Source of the DNA: Callorhinchus milii
Lineage: Eukaryota
Assembly: GCF_018977255.1 (NCBI RefSeq)
Contig: NW_024704762.1
Span: 7,316,001 to 7,380,000 of the forward strand
Direction of reading: 5' to 3'
DNA: 64,000 nt
The position numbers and the translations under genes are program-made. A model generated the notes under the pieces. That model was given only the letters and a program-made list of their open reading frames with translations. It had not been told where the DNA came from and did not search any database. Below, piece after piece: positions 35,801 through 50,099 of the stretch (position 1 is the first letter of the stretch; each line of letters begins with the position of its first letter).

Positions 35801-38800
35801 ATTAACAACTGAAATGGGATAGCGGGAAGACTAGCAGGCTGGCCTCATTTAAGAAACAGCTTGATGTAATGTATTAACAATAATAATATTTAATAATGTA
35901 ATAGTCGCAGTATTGGAAAAATTGTAGAGTTGGTATTATAGAAGGATAAAGTCAAACGGGCCAGAGAGCCTTCTTTATCTGATCTCTTGTGATGTACAAA
36001 AGGTACACTGATGCACGCTGTGCATGTCCCACACTGCTGAGGGCAGTGGTGTGTAATCCAGAGGCCATTGAGTACTTTACTGGTCCAGATGGTCTCAGGT
36101 TCAATCCCAGGTCTGGGAGTTTCTGACCTCACCCAAGTCAACATTTGGGAACTGCAATTAGCCTCGGCAAACTCAGTGCTGGGAGGAGAAAAATCGACCA
36201 ATACACCACGAGTGATCCCTGTCACCGCTCTCCCTCCCCACCCTACTGTAAAGTATTTGTGTGGGTATGTTAACACTGCAGAAAATAAGATTCCAAATTG
36301 AGATTGAATTTAAGAATTTTCCACCACTCTGCAGGACCTTAAATTTTGAGGAAAAAGTGCCCATACAACAACTTGCATTTATATAGTGCACTTTACACAG
36401 GATAGCATCTCGGAGTGCTTCATGCTAAAGTATGTGGAATTTCAGGCCACTCAATAGTAATAAATGCTGTGTATCGGACAAGACCAGTCTATCTGGCCAT
36501 AACAAGCTAAGTGGGCGGACAAGAAAGGAGCCTGCGGCTTTAAGACTTCTGTGATAGACTGAAAAAAAATTCACTGGGCTCTGATTAATTATTCCGTTGA
36601 TAGATCAGATGGGATTCAATCAGCTACTCCCACACACCCACACCCACACACACAACACACACATTCAACACAGAATCACAATCAAGAATGCTTTCTGAAA
36701 AGGCCGGGGCAGAACAGAGTGCAATCCAGCATGCAGTAGAGTGCTCCACACATGGCGAATGATGATGGTGTGTTTGCTGTAACCTTATTGAGGTGCAGTG
36801 TGATGGAACAAGCTGAAGAAATGCCCACGCAGCCATTTACTCTCATCTTCCCCCTCCCTGCTGCTGCTTTCTTTATGCTGATGTTGGTTTGCCTGTGACG
36901 GCTTCTAACAAATGGGAAGCGATGTAAGATCTCAGTGGCAGGAGATTATAAATTGTGAATTCTCCTTCAGGGGGTTTGGGACTATTGTAAATGCGTCATC
37001 GGTGGGTTGCTGTAGCAACCATTTGCACCTTTGGTATTTTAAGCTCTGTGCTCTAGCCTTCGGAGGGCACTGGAAAAGGACAGGGCTAGAATGCATAATG
37101 GGATAGGAGTTTTTCTCATCTTATCAACTGCAATTCTCTCCGTCCGCTCTCCGCCGACCCCTTTCACAAGCCACGGTTCCTCATCAGGCAAAGTTCACCG
37201 GCACAGGAGCGCTTCACCAGTTCTTAAAGGAACCGGCACAGCCAATACACGTTTTGCAGGACAGCTGGACAAGCACAAAAGTCCAGTAATGTCACCGCAT
37301 CGCCATACGTGCTCGATACTACATGTTTATTATTTTATATTCAATAAAATGTCTATCTTTCAGAAACAGTATGTTTTTCGATCTCTTCCCATTGACTGGT
37401 TCAACGGTTCAGTCTTTGGGTTTATTCCGTGTTTTATTTGCCGAAGATCAGGCAGAGTAGTAAATGTAGTTGAAGTTGAAGGAGGTCTTTATCTTTCTCT
37501 CGCACATGCACACACATACATAGATACACACACACGTTCGAGTTCACTCACTAGTCTCACTCACTATCGTGCTTTCGCTCTCTTATTCTCTCTCACTGTC
37601 TCACTTTCTTTCTTGTGAAGACAAGTCAGAATGTTTACCAGTCAGTGGTGAGAAATATCCTTAGAGACCCCAAAGCACTGAGCTCCTACATCCCAAACTG
37701 ACAAAATTAACTCAGCTAGTCAGTATTTCCTAGCCGCAGGATGTATTTTCAAATGATCAGGAATCCCAGATGAGCCTTAGGAATCCAATGGGAATATAAG
37801 AAAGATGGATTCCTCTGAACACTATCACTATAGGTGAGGCCACTTTGTGCCTAAATGGTAACAAAGCATCACCCAGTGGCTTGAGGAGGCTTCACATCAC
37901 CTGATATTTGACAAATGGAGGCTGTTTCGGGAGTGGGCTATGCTGTGGGTTCAACATGCTCTCTGTGGCAGAAGGATGCACGAGGACAGTCTTCGGTGCA
38001 GATTAGAACTAGTTTGATTTATCCTTCATTTTATCCTCTCCTTAAAGCATTTGACTCCCTATCGTTTTCCTTCTATTGAGGTGTCGTCCCACAGGTGTTG
38101 CTATGGTGCCTCTTCCAAGTTCCAGCCTTAACAATGAGCATTGGTTCCCAAAGTTTGTTATTTCCCAATGGTATTCATTAACAAGGATTCCAAGTTGTGC
38201 AAATGGGGATTCCTTTCCTATAAATGGAAGTACTATACATCACATCAACCCCAGGCACCTCCACTCCAACGCAATCTGCTTCCACAGTAGCGTTCCAAGT
38301 GATTCTTTATTAAGGAAATCCGTTAAGAAACACCACAAATTAGACCCCAAATGAGGCCACTAATGAATTGTCCTATTTCATGCCACTGCAAGATCTTTTT
38401 GGAGCCCCAAAAAAAAGAACGGCATTGATGTGACAGAACGAAAACAACCATTTTCTTAGGCTGGGTAATTATTGTCAGGATGAATTAACTAATTACAGAC
38501 ATGGCTGCATCACCACAGACTGGGCTGAGATAAAGATACTGGGAATTAAAAGAATCTACTGACTTCCAAACCACTGCAAGCTAATAAGCAAGGCTACAAT
38601 GAAAGAACCAAGTTTAGGGAAATTTTAATTAGCCGGGGTACCTGCTCCTCATCCCTATCCAGAGACACTCTTATAGAAACTGTGCTTATATGGTCATTGG
38701 GTGATGCTGTGATTTCTTCTCCCACCTCCCACATCAGACTCAATCCACGCTCACTGTCAAAGTTCACCCACAAAGAATAGCTACTTGGATGAGGGACAAG

Positions 38801-40862
38801 ACGGTGCCTAGAGCACTGTACAGCCTCCGCATTGTTACCATCTTTGCAACTCCATCTAACAGTCCTTAGCCTCGTCACCTTCCTTGCCTTCTTCAACACC
38901 CATCTCAAGATCTTTCTCTTCGACTGTGCTTTCGGTTGTCCTCCTACACCACCCACCCAGCCCTCCTGATCCCAACCCCCAGCTCGGATCCACATCCTTG
39001 ACTGTACAGTGCTTTGAAACGCCCAACGTGAAAGGCACTATACAAATGTAATTTGTTGTTGTTATCTAACAAAAAAAAGTGGTTCTACTTGTGGTGGTGT
39101 TTGGAGGAATGCATCTCCATTATATTCTTATTGGATTGCTAGGACTCATCTAGGATTCCATCCCATGGCACATCTGGGTTCCCTGTTCATCTATACCTCA
39201 GCCCAAGTCAGCTCGACGTGGGAGAGACTTGTAATACATTACAATACAATATTACATTTGTATAGCGTCTTTCACATCGGGAGGACGTCCCAAGGCGCTG
39301 GACAGTCAAGGATTTCGAAATTGTAAATCTATTTAACTTTGCTTTCACGTTCTCTGACTTGACAGTGAATGTGAGTGTGTGTTGGGGGTGGTGGGGGTCA
39401 TATTCCTGGACCTTAACTGACAAAAGACCAAACTCTTCAGATAATCATTAACCTCCTCCAGTGGACATGTTGATTGGGCTACACATGAGGTCACATAAAA
39501 ACTAGCAGCTACATTAATCCCCCTGTGGTCTCTCACTACACAACCATCTGCTGCCTTCCTCATTGGCATTCCGATGGCATTTAGTCAGTCACGCTCTGGC
39601 ATTGCTTCTTATGCAATCGCCTATGGGATCTTATCACCTTCCCCACCTGGGCCAGAGTGCCATACCTGTCCCCGCATATGCCAAACCAGAGGGCAAATGT
39701 CCTGTGGCGAACAAATAGTGTAACAGCAACAGAACACAGAGCTCACAAGCCAGCGGACCATATTTGCTTCTGATTTCAGCACATCGGAAATTTGAAGGCA
39801 GTCAATGCAGTGAAATGTTCCATTGATGGGAAAGGATGAATGAAAGAAAGAGAAGGGAGGGAGGAAGGGAAAGGGGGAGAAAGGGAGGGAGGGAAAGAGG
39901 GAGGGAGAAAACAGGAAAAGAACAGCGAGAAGCACATTGATAGATAAAAACACATCTCAAATCAAGTTAGCTCATTCAGGCTGGGTGAATAGATACAGAG
40001 AGAGAGAAAAAGAGTGAGTGTGTGTATGTGGTGGGCAGATGGGGGAGTGGGGGGGGGGGGTAGGTGATGTACAAAGCTAGCCTCAGCTGTCAGAACTGCT
40101 TCTTTTTCCCCTTGGGTTCTTCCTGCGTTGAAGGGCTGGCACTGAGCCAAGAGGCTCAACACACCAAAAGAGAATGGAAATCGACAAGAGTGTTCCTGTG
40201 TTGGGTTCTGAAAAGATTGCAGCACACGCACACACATTCCCTCTGCATCACCACAGATCCAAGCTGCTGTGAACTCCTTATTTTGTGTGAACTGTTTAAT
40301 TACCCCAATTCCCATTTTTCTCTTGACGCAGTGCTCCCCTTTGCTGGGATAGTTACTGATTATATCTCCTTTTTTCCTTTTCTTCCTCTCATTTCCTCTT
40401 TCTCTCTCTCTTCCCACCCTCCCTCCCTTCCCCAAAACTCTAAGCTTCTTTCTCTGTCCCCTGGAGCCTGCAAGTATGTGCGTCACTTTCACAGCCTGAA
40501 ACATCCAGTTTTTCAGCACAGGAGGAGATTATTCGACCCTTGGTGTTTTTGGCACTGCTGCCTGTATTATCACCCTTTGTTTTTGATTGCACTTTCTCCA
40601 TATGCCTTCCTGTCGGTTCTTACAAAAGCAAATGAGATAGATTTCTTTCAGATAATAATATCTTGGGATAAAGTATATAGTTTGGAATAAGACATGTGCA
40701 CGCAACTGCCAGAATGCCGAAAGGCAAATTTGTCTTTATTCATCAAGCAATTCTTATCTTCTTAAGCAGAGAGGTATTGGATAGTGAGTCTCCAACAATA
40801 GGATAGGAGCTGAGCACACCTCATTCAAACCGAGACAAAAACACATGATGAAAACTAGTCTT

Positions 40863-41282
40863 AACAATAACAACAAAATTACATTTACACAGCGCCTTTC
40901 ATGTCGGGAAGATGTCCCAAGGCACTGGACAGTCAAGAGTTTTGGACCCGAGCTGGGGTTCGGGATCGGGGAGGATGGAGGGCGGGGGGATGGGGTGGGG
41001 AAGGAGGGTGATCGAAAGCACGGTTGAAGAGGAGGGTCTTGAAACTGGTTTTGAAGGAGGCAAGGGAGGGGGTGATGCAGAGGGACTGCGGGATGGAGGT
41101 CCAGTGGGTGAGGGCAGAGTGGCAGAAGGCTCACCTGCCAACAGTGGCAAGCGAGGCAGGAGACGTGAAGCAGGCCGGAGCCCGCTGAGCGGAGGGAGCG
41201 AGCAGGATGGTAGGGGGTTAGGAGGTCGCAGAGGTTGCAAGTGGGAGCAAGACCATGGAGGGCTTTGAAGGTGAGGACCAGT
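40863..41282 (-). mobile_element. L2 LINE 3' fragment. Related 3' ends at about 16761-16940(-), 38800-39064(+), 39245-39312(-), 45925-46063(-), 63855-63955(+)
   Basis: Shared 3'UTR CTTGACTGTCCAG..CTTGGGAC...GAAAGGCGCT..AAATGTAATT(TTG)n. Confidence 0.78.
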
Positions 41283-44200
41283 CTTAGTCCTTTATGTTGA
41301 TGTTTTTATTAAGTCACCTTTGTCACCCATCTTATTAGAATTTCATTGGTTTTCACTCTACCTGTAAGATCCCTACACCTGCTAGTCTTTGTATATCTAG
41401 AGTTAGGATCAGTGTTATTGATTCTTTCCCCTTTCTCTCCTCTGCTAGGACAGGGACTCTAGACTCCAACCATTAGGCAACCAGACATTATGGTAGCCAG
41501 ACAGTAAATGCCAGAGGGAATTCAGTCTGCTCCTCACCTAACATTCTCTCTCACAAACACACACACTTTGCAGCAGGGGAGATGGGAGAGGGGACTGGGT
41601 AGCAATCAAAATGGAACTAAATGGATTGCTCTTTCAAACAGCTAGCACAGGCAAGATGGTCTGAAGCGACTTCTTCCTGCTGTGCTGTGAATTTCTATGG
41701 TTCGATGTACTTTCTGAATAAATCAATTTATAAATTAAATTATAAATGAATAAACATGCTAAAGTATTTCTTCACTGTTAATGGCTCTGCTATAACTGAC
41801 CCTGACATCACACGAACTTCCTCCCCTCCTCAAACCATACTTGCTGTGACTCCAATGGGGAAGCGGGTATAAACCTCTTGCTTGTGCAGTGTCCTGTGTT
41901 TGATTGACGGAACCCTTCAATATGAGGTGACATCAAAACTTAACAAGGGATAGAGTCCCAATGGTTCGAGCAACTGAAAAGGTAAATCATGCAAATTTAA
42001 TTCCAGATATTGTACAACAATAGGGAAATCTTGTTTTCACCTTGTTCTTAAAACCGTGACATTGGGGGGGACAGCAGGGGACTGGAAGCGTCTATCTCAT
42101 AGAGACATACAAGTGTGCAGGGGATGAATGAGGACATGTGTGAATTATTCATCACTCTGGGATCAATGTGTGAAGAAATTCCATCTTATCTCCCACAGCC
42201 AGGAGCTCCCTCCACCTGTGGAGCAGCGAGTGGCTTGTAAACCTCTCCCGAGCAAAGCAGCTTTGATACTGGAATGAGACCAACTTACACTTTGACACAG
42301 CATCGCTCAGATAACAAGGCACTGCTGCACCACAGGAATTATTGCAGTAGAAAATGTCACATTGCTCTTTGAAGCACTTTATAGCACTCTTTGTTGTGTT
42401 GTCTTCACCCACAAAAACACACAGTCATTACACTTTATGGTATATCCCGTGAGGCGCTTTGAGACGTCTTAAAGACATGTTAAGGGGCTGTATCAAATGC
42501 AAGGATTATTATTATGATTGTGAGTAGCAAGACGCCTCTACATCCGTGTACTCTGTTTGAATCCAATTTCCCATCTCCAGGCCAATACTTCCAACTCATC
42601 CAAATTTACACACAAGTAAGTGGTTAATTGTCTCATGGTTGTTTGTGTGCATGAATGGGGTGGGGGTGGGGGGGGGGGGTGGATTTAGGCATTATAGCAA
42701 GGTAGCTGCTGTATTTATCTACATAACAAGCGACAGCACTTCAATGTGAATCGCTACGTGAAGCATTGTGAGAGAAGAGGAGGAGGAGGTGCTGGATTAT
42801 TTGTGTATATCTTAAAAGTAAAAAAGGACTTTGCAGCAAAAGATCACAGTGAAGTGGAACCCTGTCAATCACAGCACAACACTGGCTCGACTCCATCATT
42901 AGCTTATAGCTGTCTGCACAAACTGTCAGCACAAGACGGCTGTGATTAGTAAGCAGTTGGATTCATATTCTCATTTGGATATTTCTCTTGTCCTTTATGT
43001 ATTGAGACCCAATGTGAAGAGCCAAGGTCTCGGCTTAACATGCTACCGAGATTCAAGCAATCAGTCAAGATCTCTGCTCATGTTCTAAGTCCAGGGACCT
43101 CCCAACTGGTGCATGTAGATTTCTAGGATATCTCTCAACTGAGTTGGGGCGAAATGGTTGCTTGATTCATCGTTGCATGACCTTTGATCTTGAGTAACAT
43201 CTGAGTGGGAGTCATCAATTAGTGCAGAGCCTGAAACCACCACAAAGAAGTGCTCTTTGGAGGCAGGAAAGCAGCTGGGATCCCCTCACTTGACTTCCAA
43301 ATAGGATGGTGGGAGATGGACAAACCACAAATAATAATCCTTACATTTATATAGCACCCATAAAATTGTTTCACAGGTAATTGCCGTGAGATACAGTGAC
43401 TCTGTATTTGTAGGAAAAATGCAGCAACCAATTCATGCAAGGATTACCAATCCCTTAATGAAATCTAACCTGGAAACTCACAGCAAATCAATTGGCGTTA
43501 GAAGGTAAGAGAATGTGATGGTTACCTGTGTTCTTGCGAAAAGTCACAACCAAAGTGTTGACATATCATTTCTCTCAGGCTCTGACCTACTTGCTACAAT
43601 GCCTCCAGAATTGTTCTAATTGTTTCAAATTCAAAGCAATATTTGGCTTTACTTTTCTTCGTAGGGAATGAATTTGTGATGGAACTAAAACTGACCTTTC
43701 CGACGAAAAACGGGAGCACAGTTTTTAGTCTCGTGGAAGCGATATTTAAATGTGTCTATATTGACTCAGTCAAATCCTTGTTAGTTAAACAGACGAGGGA
43801 CACGTGATTAACATTCGTGGCAGTCTGCAGCTTCATAATTCACCCTGATGAAAAAAGGAATTGCCACTTTCAGATTAATTAGTTTAAGAGGCTGCTCTCC
43901 ATTCACAGGCTCTGAGGTTTAAGCTCATTAACCTTTTGTGGAGATCCTTAAATAACAGCAAAGAGCCTGGATTAAACAGTACTTGTCTCCTTCCCCCACC
44001 CCCCCCCCCACCCGCGCCCCCACCTCCTGTCAAAAAAGTGTGCCAAGTGCATTCAGTGGCTCTTGTATGTAGGAAGATCACAATACTCTTTAATAATAAT
44101 TCTTGCATTTGGTGTAGCGGCTAAAATGTCCCAAACATTTTTTTGGCTTGGTTCAGCTGGGTGTGACACCCAAATACCCATCCCCACGCTTAAGAACCTC

Positions 44201-47200
44201 CACTGGGAATTCAACATATGTACGGTTTATGTTTTTCTGATGTGCAGTCCCTCCTCAGAAGAGGCACTCTCGGATATAATCAAGGAATCCAGCTGGACTC
44301 TATCGTTAGATTTTAGAGCATTCAATATCTGCTGTGTGAAACTGGCTGGCGCGTCTCGCCTAAAAAATACACAGTCACTAAACTTTACAGTATATTCTGG
44401 GAAGCACTTTGAGATGTCTCAAAGTCGCTATATCAAATGCGAGGATTATTTATTTTATTATTACAGCGTTTCACATCGGGTGGCCAGAGCTGGCGAGTTG
44501 AATAACAAATCATCAAGTCCTCAAAATAATTTTGGTAGGCTTTACATTATCGCCTGCCAAATTGTTTAAAGCGTTTTAATTTTTTACGTGAGAGGTTTAG
44601 GTAATTTTGTCCCCCACACATCAGCCTTTGGTGCTGCTGTGTTGCTGCCTTTTCATAACCTTACTATGTGACATTAACTGTCGTGACATCAGCACTGCAG
44701 AGTTATCAAAGAAACATTAATTTACCCTTGCTACCTGGGAAAGTTTTACACTCAAGGTACATTAAATACCGCCTGATTATAACGAGACGCTGTGTATGTG
44801 TTTAAAAATCCACCTTGGATCAACATTGACTAATTCTGTTCCGTTCCCTGGTGAATCGTCACTGTTATACTGCACTACAGCACAGCTCTCCTTGGAGTGG
44901 GCTATAAATTGTAGCATCATTTCACAGTTCTGGCCGTCTGGCTTGTCTGGAATTTTATTAACACTTGGCCAATTGCCTTTTATTTTAAAAATGGTTGATT
45001 AATATCTGCTGTCTGGTGATTTACGGTAGTGTGAATGGGTTTGGACTGAAATAGACCAATGTAGCCACTGAAATCATTTCTGCACACAGCAAGGATAAAA
45101 TGAAATACCTCAAGGTGAAATGAGACAACACATAAATCTCCTCTTTTTGTTTTAATTCCCTTATCGATAGTCTCAATATGACGGATCACTGTCCCTTATT
45201 TTTACTTTTGGAAGATTGCATTAGTGTCCTTTGTACAGCTCATTGTGAAGCCCTGCTGGTGATATCAATACTTTCTCTAATAGGAACCCTCTCTTTGCCT
45301 TTGAAGTATTTATCTGTATTCATGGCTGGTTCTCAATTTCAGGTTTTCATTTACCTTTCACTTCTCCCCCTCCCTCATGCTAGCATTGACTGTTTTACAT
45401 TTGTGTGCAAAAATAAAAGTCATTATACTTGACAATAATAACTGTAAAAGGCTTTTGAGATGTTTCGACTGTTAAGGTCATATAGAAACACAGCTCCTCT
45501 TTTCTTCTCATGGCAGTACCTCCAGGATACAAAACAGGGAGACACAATGTTAAAATTAGAGCTAAGAAGTGAGATCAAACATTTTTTCTTAAGATAGAGG
45601 TTGTCAAAAGCAGATTACAGAGAGGATCGATTGGGTATTCGAAAGGGAAATAGATTTTTAGGAAGTAAGGTATGGAGAAAAGGAGTTGAAACTGGATTGA
45701 AATATCTACCATGATCCAATAAACTGCTGTACAACAACAAGAAGAACAAATAACATTTATGTTGGATACTCATTGAGACAATAAGGACCAATTGACTAGG
45801 ACCAATGGAAGGGAAACAGGAGGTAGAAAAGCAGCAAGCAGGGAGAGGGCTTTTAGTGAGATTCTTTGATTTTGTAACTTGTGAGTTGAAATAAAAGAGT
45901 GTTCTACATGTTGTTTGAAGAGAACATAACAATTTGTATACCACCTTTCATGACAGGATGACATCCCAAGGCACTGGACAGTCAAGGATTTGCACTTGGG
46001 CTGGGGTGTTCGGATCAGGAGGGGATAGAGGGCAGGGAGGGTAGGGGTAGGAGGGAGTGACTGAATGGCCTCCTATTCCTCTGCCCAAGTGGCCATTCTT
46101 AACGTTTCGACCTCTGAACTTACAAGTTTCATGCGATTCTGTTTATTTCAAGAATGCAGGATTAGGGACTTGGTGCACGCTGTCCTTTAATGTGTGAGCA
46201 GCTGCCTGTAAGTGACCCTGGAGTGCACACTTCAGCGAGGATATGTGATGGATGCAGTGGAAAATCAGCGCTTAGAAACCAGAAACCCCTCAGGGGACTG
46301 AAATGAGAAGAGGAACCCAGAAAAGAATGTTGACAGAGGAAAGAACAGAAGGGAGTGCTGGGGTGAAACAGGAAGCTCCTACAGTGTAATTGACAAATGT
46401 TGGAACACATCCAGATTCTCATTTTGCCCCTTTTATGTCTACCACCACCTCCTCCTCCTCCTCCAGGGAGAGAGAGAGAGTGTGCATTCCATTTGAACAA
46501 TCTATCTCTGGGATTTCCATGTGTAAGTGGGGATGCGTGGCATTCTCAGCTTGGTTTGGATACTCTTAATACTCTTTGGATACACCCAAAAAATCTTGGG
46601 GCACCCTACCCATCTTGGGGTACTTCTGCTATCTCAAACATGTGATCATTCTTTGGATGCAGCCACACATTGTTACACCCATCAGCTGCTTCGAAGACAC
46701 TTGCAATACTTTCTGCTTCGAGTTTGTTGCCGAGTTGGAGCCTTTGCTGTCAGCCTCATTTCCTGGAGCGATGGAGCAGCTTGGATTAGCCAGAATGTTC
46801 CCTCGCTGTAACAGATGGAGCCAGTTACACAGCAGATTGCATGGAAATTGTTTTCTATTTATATCTTTTCAAAATTACAACTATAATTAAAATGTATCGT
46901 GGAGAGAGGGGTTGGGGTGGGGGGGGGAGACGGTTTAGAAGTGACTCCTCTGATGGGTCAGTTGACAAAGCTACAGTACAGTGTGAAACTGAATCACTTT
47001 CATCAGTAATCACAGATTTGATCCCTAGGTCTGTTTGCCCCAGGGTAGTGGGGAAGGGGGCATAAAATCAGGTAAGGTTCCCTTAGCTGAACCTGCAAAT
47101 ATTTTGCTGAAACCCTTAATCTTCTGTCCTTCCTTCTCTTTCTATTATTTCATTCATCCATTTTCTTGAATGCCATTTAAACGTTTCATCCTTGTGCATT

Positions 47201-47469
47201 GCAATTTCGGTTACATCCTGCCTTGTGATGGTTTTGGCCAGTTTTCTAATGTAATTTTTCACCTTGAGTGCTCTTTCTGTTTTGCTTCCATTCCTAATGC
47301 ATCATTCTGTTATTACACTGAAATTTCTGGACCTCCTCTCTCTCTCTTTAACACCGTACAATCATTCACATTACTGACATAGTCAAATGGTAATTAGGAA
47401 TTGCTCATATTTATTTTTCATTGAAAGGTTCGGAATGAGGCAAAGACGTATGAAATATAAACTACATAA

Positions 47470-47812
47470 TGATTTTTGCATTTGATATTAGCACCTAAGT
47501 TTCTGAGAAGTGAAGTGACTGTGCATTTGTAGGCAAATGTGGCAGCCAATCTGCTTACAACATTGTCCCTCAAAGGACCATGAGGTGAATGGCCAATTTA
47601 ACTGGAGGATTGTTGGCCAGGATACCAGGAGAAATTCCTTTTTCATTTCAAGTATTGCCAACATCATCTTAACGTCTCATCTGAAGTACGGCACATCTGA
47701 CAATGCAGGTACTTCCAGTCCTGCACTGGAGTGTCAGCCTAGACTATGGACTCAAAGTCCTGAAGTGGGGCTTAAACCCTCAATTCTCTGAGTGTTATCA
47801 ACTGAGCCAGTT
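47470..47812 (-). mobile_element. Deu-domain SINE with internal deletions
   Basis: Head ...GGCTCAGTTG, core and tail recognisable by alignment to the 31165 and 62417 copies. Confidence 0.7.
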
Positions 47813-49369
47813 GACACAGCTGCTGTTACATAGGCTCGCTGCCAATGTCATTTCTAAACCTGGTTATTCATGGCAATTGGTCAGTATCATATTTCCTGAT
47901 TTCATTTGAATGAAAAGATGTCGAATTGGAGATACGGTAGAAATCAGCGGAGACTGAGAAAGGCCATTTTACAGCCTATTTGCTGTGGTGCTCGTGCAAA
48001 AATGACTTTTCTATCTTGAAAGGATTGTTAATGATATAATTAAGAAATTGTTTCCATTGGTTCTTAATTAGATAATTAAGGGCACCTATAATTCCCTTTG
48101 AACATATGCATTTACACATGGAGCGTAATTCAGCTGGGTTTACACTTGGTTTGCATGTGACCCTTGATAGATCTCATTATCCATAATCTGCATGATATTC
48201 AAAAGTTTAATTGTAACACTTTACCCTGACTGACATCAGTTAACTAAGCACAGATCAAGATTGTTTCACTACCAACCTTGGGCTGCATTTACCATAAAGT
48301 CCTCAGGGGCCTGAGTCATATTACCTGTAGCTGAGAATCATTTAGCACTTTCAGTACTTTGATTTTTTTTTAAATTGATGTCCTGGTAATGATTTTCCTT
48401 AAGAGGAAACAAAACTGGTGACATCAGCCAGGAAACTTGTAACTATAGATAAAGAATGCAGTGGCACTGTAGCACACTGACACACGATATCAATAATATT
48501 CCTTGCATTTGATATAACTCCTGGAAATATTGAAACGTTTCAAAGTGCTTCACAATTAATTGCTGTTGAAAATAATGACTGTCTATTTATAGGCAAACAC
48601 AGCAGTGAATTTGCCCGCAGCAATGTCCCGCAAACAGCCATGAAGTGAATGACCGACGTTTGACAACAATTGGCAAGATAAATTTGGTCAGCAGCCCCAC
48701 TTGCCTACTAATACACAGTCACTACGTTTCACAGTAAAATCCTGTGAAGCGCTCTGAAACGTCTCGATGGGGTGATAAGGCCCAATATCATACGTAATGA
48801 TTACATCAACTTGTGTTTGTATAATGTCTATACGGCACCATTCATATAAAACAAAAGTGCTTAACATGTGGTTGGACATTGATCTGGGAATTAAAGAGTC
48901 TTAAAAGGCAATTTGAAGAGGAACAATGTAATATAGAGTGGTATTGGGTAAGACCAGGGAATAGGAATAAACAGCCTCATTAGGGGGAGGAGAAGGAGGA
49001 AGCAAGCACCAGCAGAGACAATTGGGAAAGAGCAAGTGAATGGAAAGTTACTGCAGTGAAAGAGCAATAATAATAATAATGATCTGGTTACTCAATCCAC
49101 GACCATTTGTGGGACACTGCTGTGCGCAATTGGTTGCCATGTTTCACCCACAAAATACACAGTCACTACACCTTACAGTGTGTCCCGTGAAGTGCTGTAA
49201 GATGCCTTGACATTGTGATAAGATGCTATATCAACAACAACAACAACAACATTTCTTTAGCCCCTTTCACATCAGGAGGACGTCCCAAGGTGTTGGCCAT
49301 TTAATAAGATCAGGGCTGATCTTCTAACCCAATTCCATTACCCACCCTATCCTCTATCCCTTAATCCCT

Positions 49370-49985
49370 CTAGGGAGCAAGACAATGGAGGGCTTTGAAG
49401 GTGAGGACCAGGATCTTGAACTGTATCCTCTGTGTGATGGGAAGCCAGTGGAGTCGGGCGAGGATGGGAATGATAGGGTCCCGGAGTCTGGTGCGGGAGA
49501 GGACAGAGTTCTGGATGATCTGCAGCCTATGAAGGGAGGAGCTGGGGAGCCCCACAAGCAATGAGTTTGCCGAGACGAGCCTCGATGTTATGAATGCATG
49601 TACGAGGGTATCGGGGGCCCGCGGTGTGAGGCAGCGGCGGAGCCGGACGACGTTGCGGAGGTGAGAGAAGGCAGAGCGGGTCATGGCACAGATGTGGGGT
49701 AGAAAGGATAGTTGAGGGTCAAACAAGACCCCAAGGTTCCGGACCGGCTTAGCAAGCTGCAGCGTGCAACCATGGATGGTGATGCAGTCTGCGCCTGAGG
49801 TGTGGAGGCACTGACGGGAGCCAATCAGGAGATCCTCGGTCTTGTTAGCTCTCATCCAGGACTTGGTGTCCGACAGACAGAGGTAGAGGCGGGTGCCATC
49901 CGCAAACGTGTGGAAGTTGACCCCATGGCTGCGGATATTGGAGAGGAGGGGACCAAGGACCGAGCGCCCTGAGGAACGCCACCCG
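49370..49985 (-). mobile_element. L2-clade LINE ORF2 (RT and C-terminal) fragment
   Basis: SVLGPLL, FADGT (degenerate YADD), VRNLGVLFD, LHWLPITQRIQFKILVLTFKALH are typical L2 motifs. Confidence 0.88.
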
Positions 49986-50099
49986 AGACGGTGCGGGGGC
50001 TGAAGGAGAAGCCGTTTGCGTAACAAACGTAAGAGTTATTGTTATTATTATAATAATAAATGGTGGTTTGGGTTGGCCTCTGAGCATCACTTTCACTGA

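Noticed and set aside
39962-40690. 185-aa and 208-aa overlapping ORFs
   Set aside because: Low-complexity purine/pyrimidine tracts, with no splice context or family motifs.
43510-43640. Hammerhead ribozyme in a degenerate Penelope-like repeat
   Set aside because: The catalytic core (CTGANGA...GAAA) is not intact and the element identity is uncertain.
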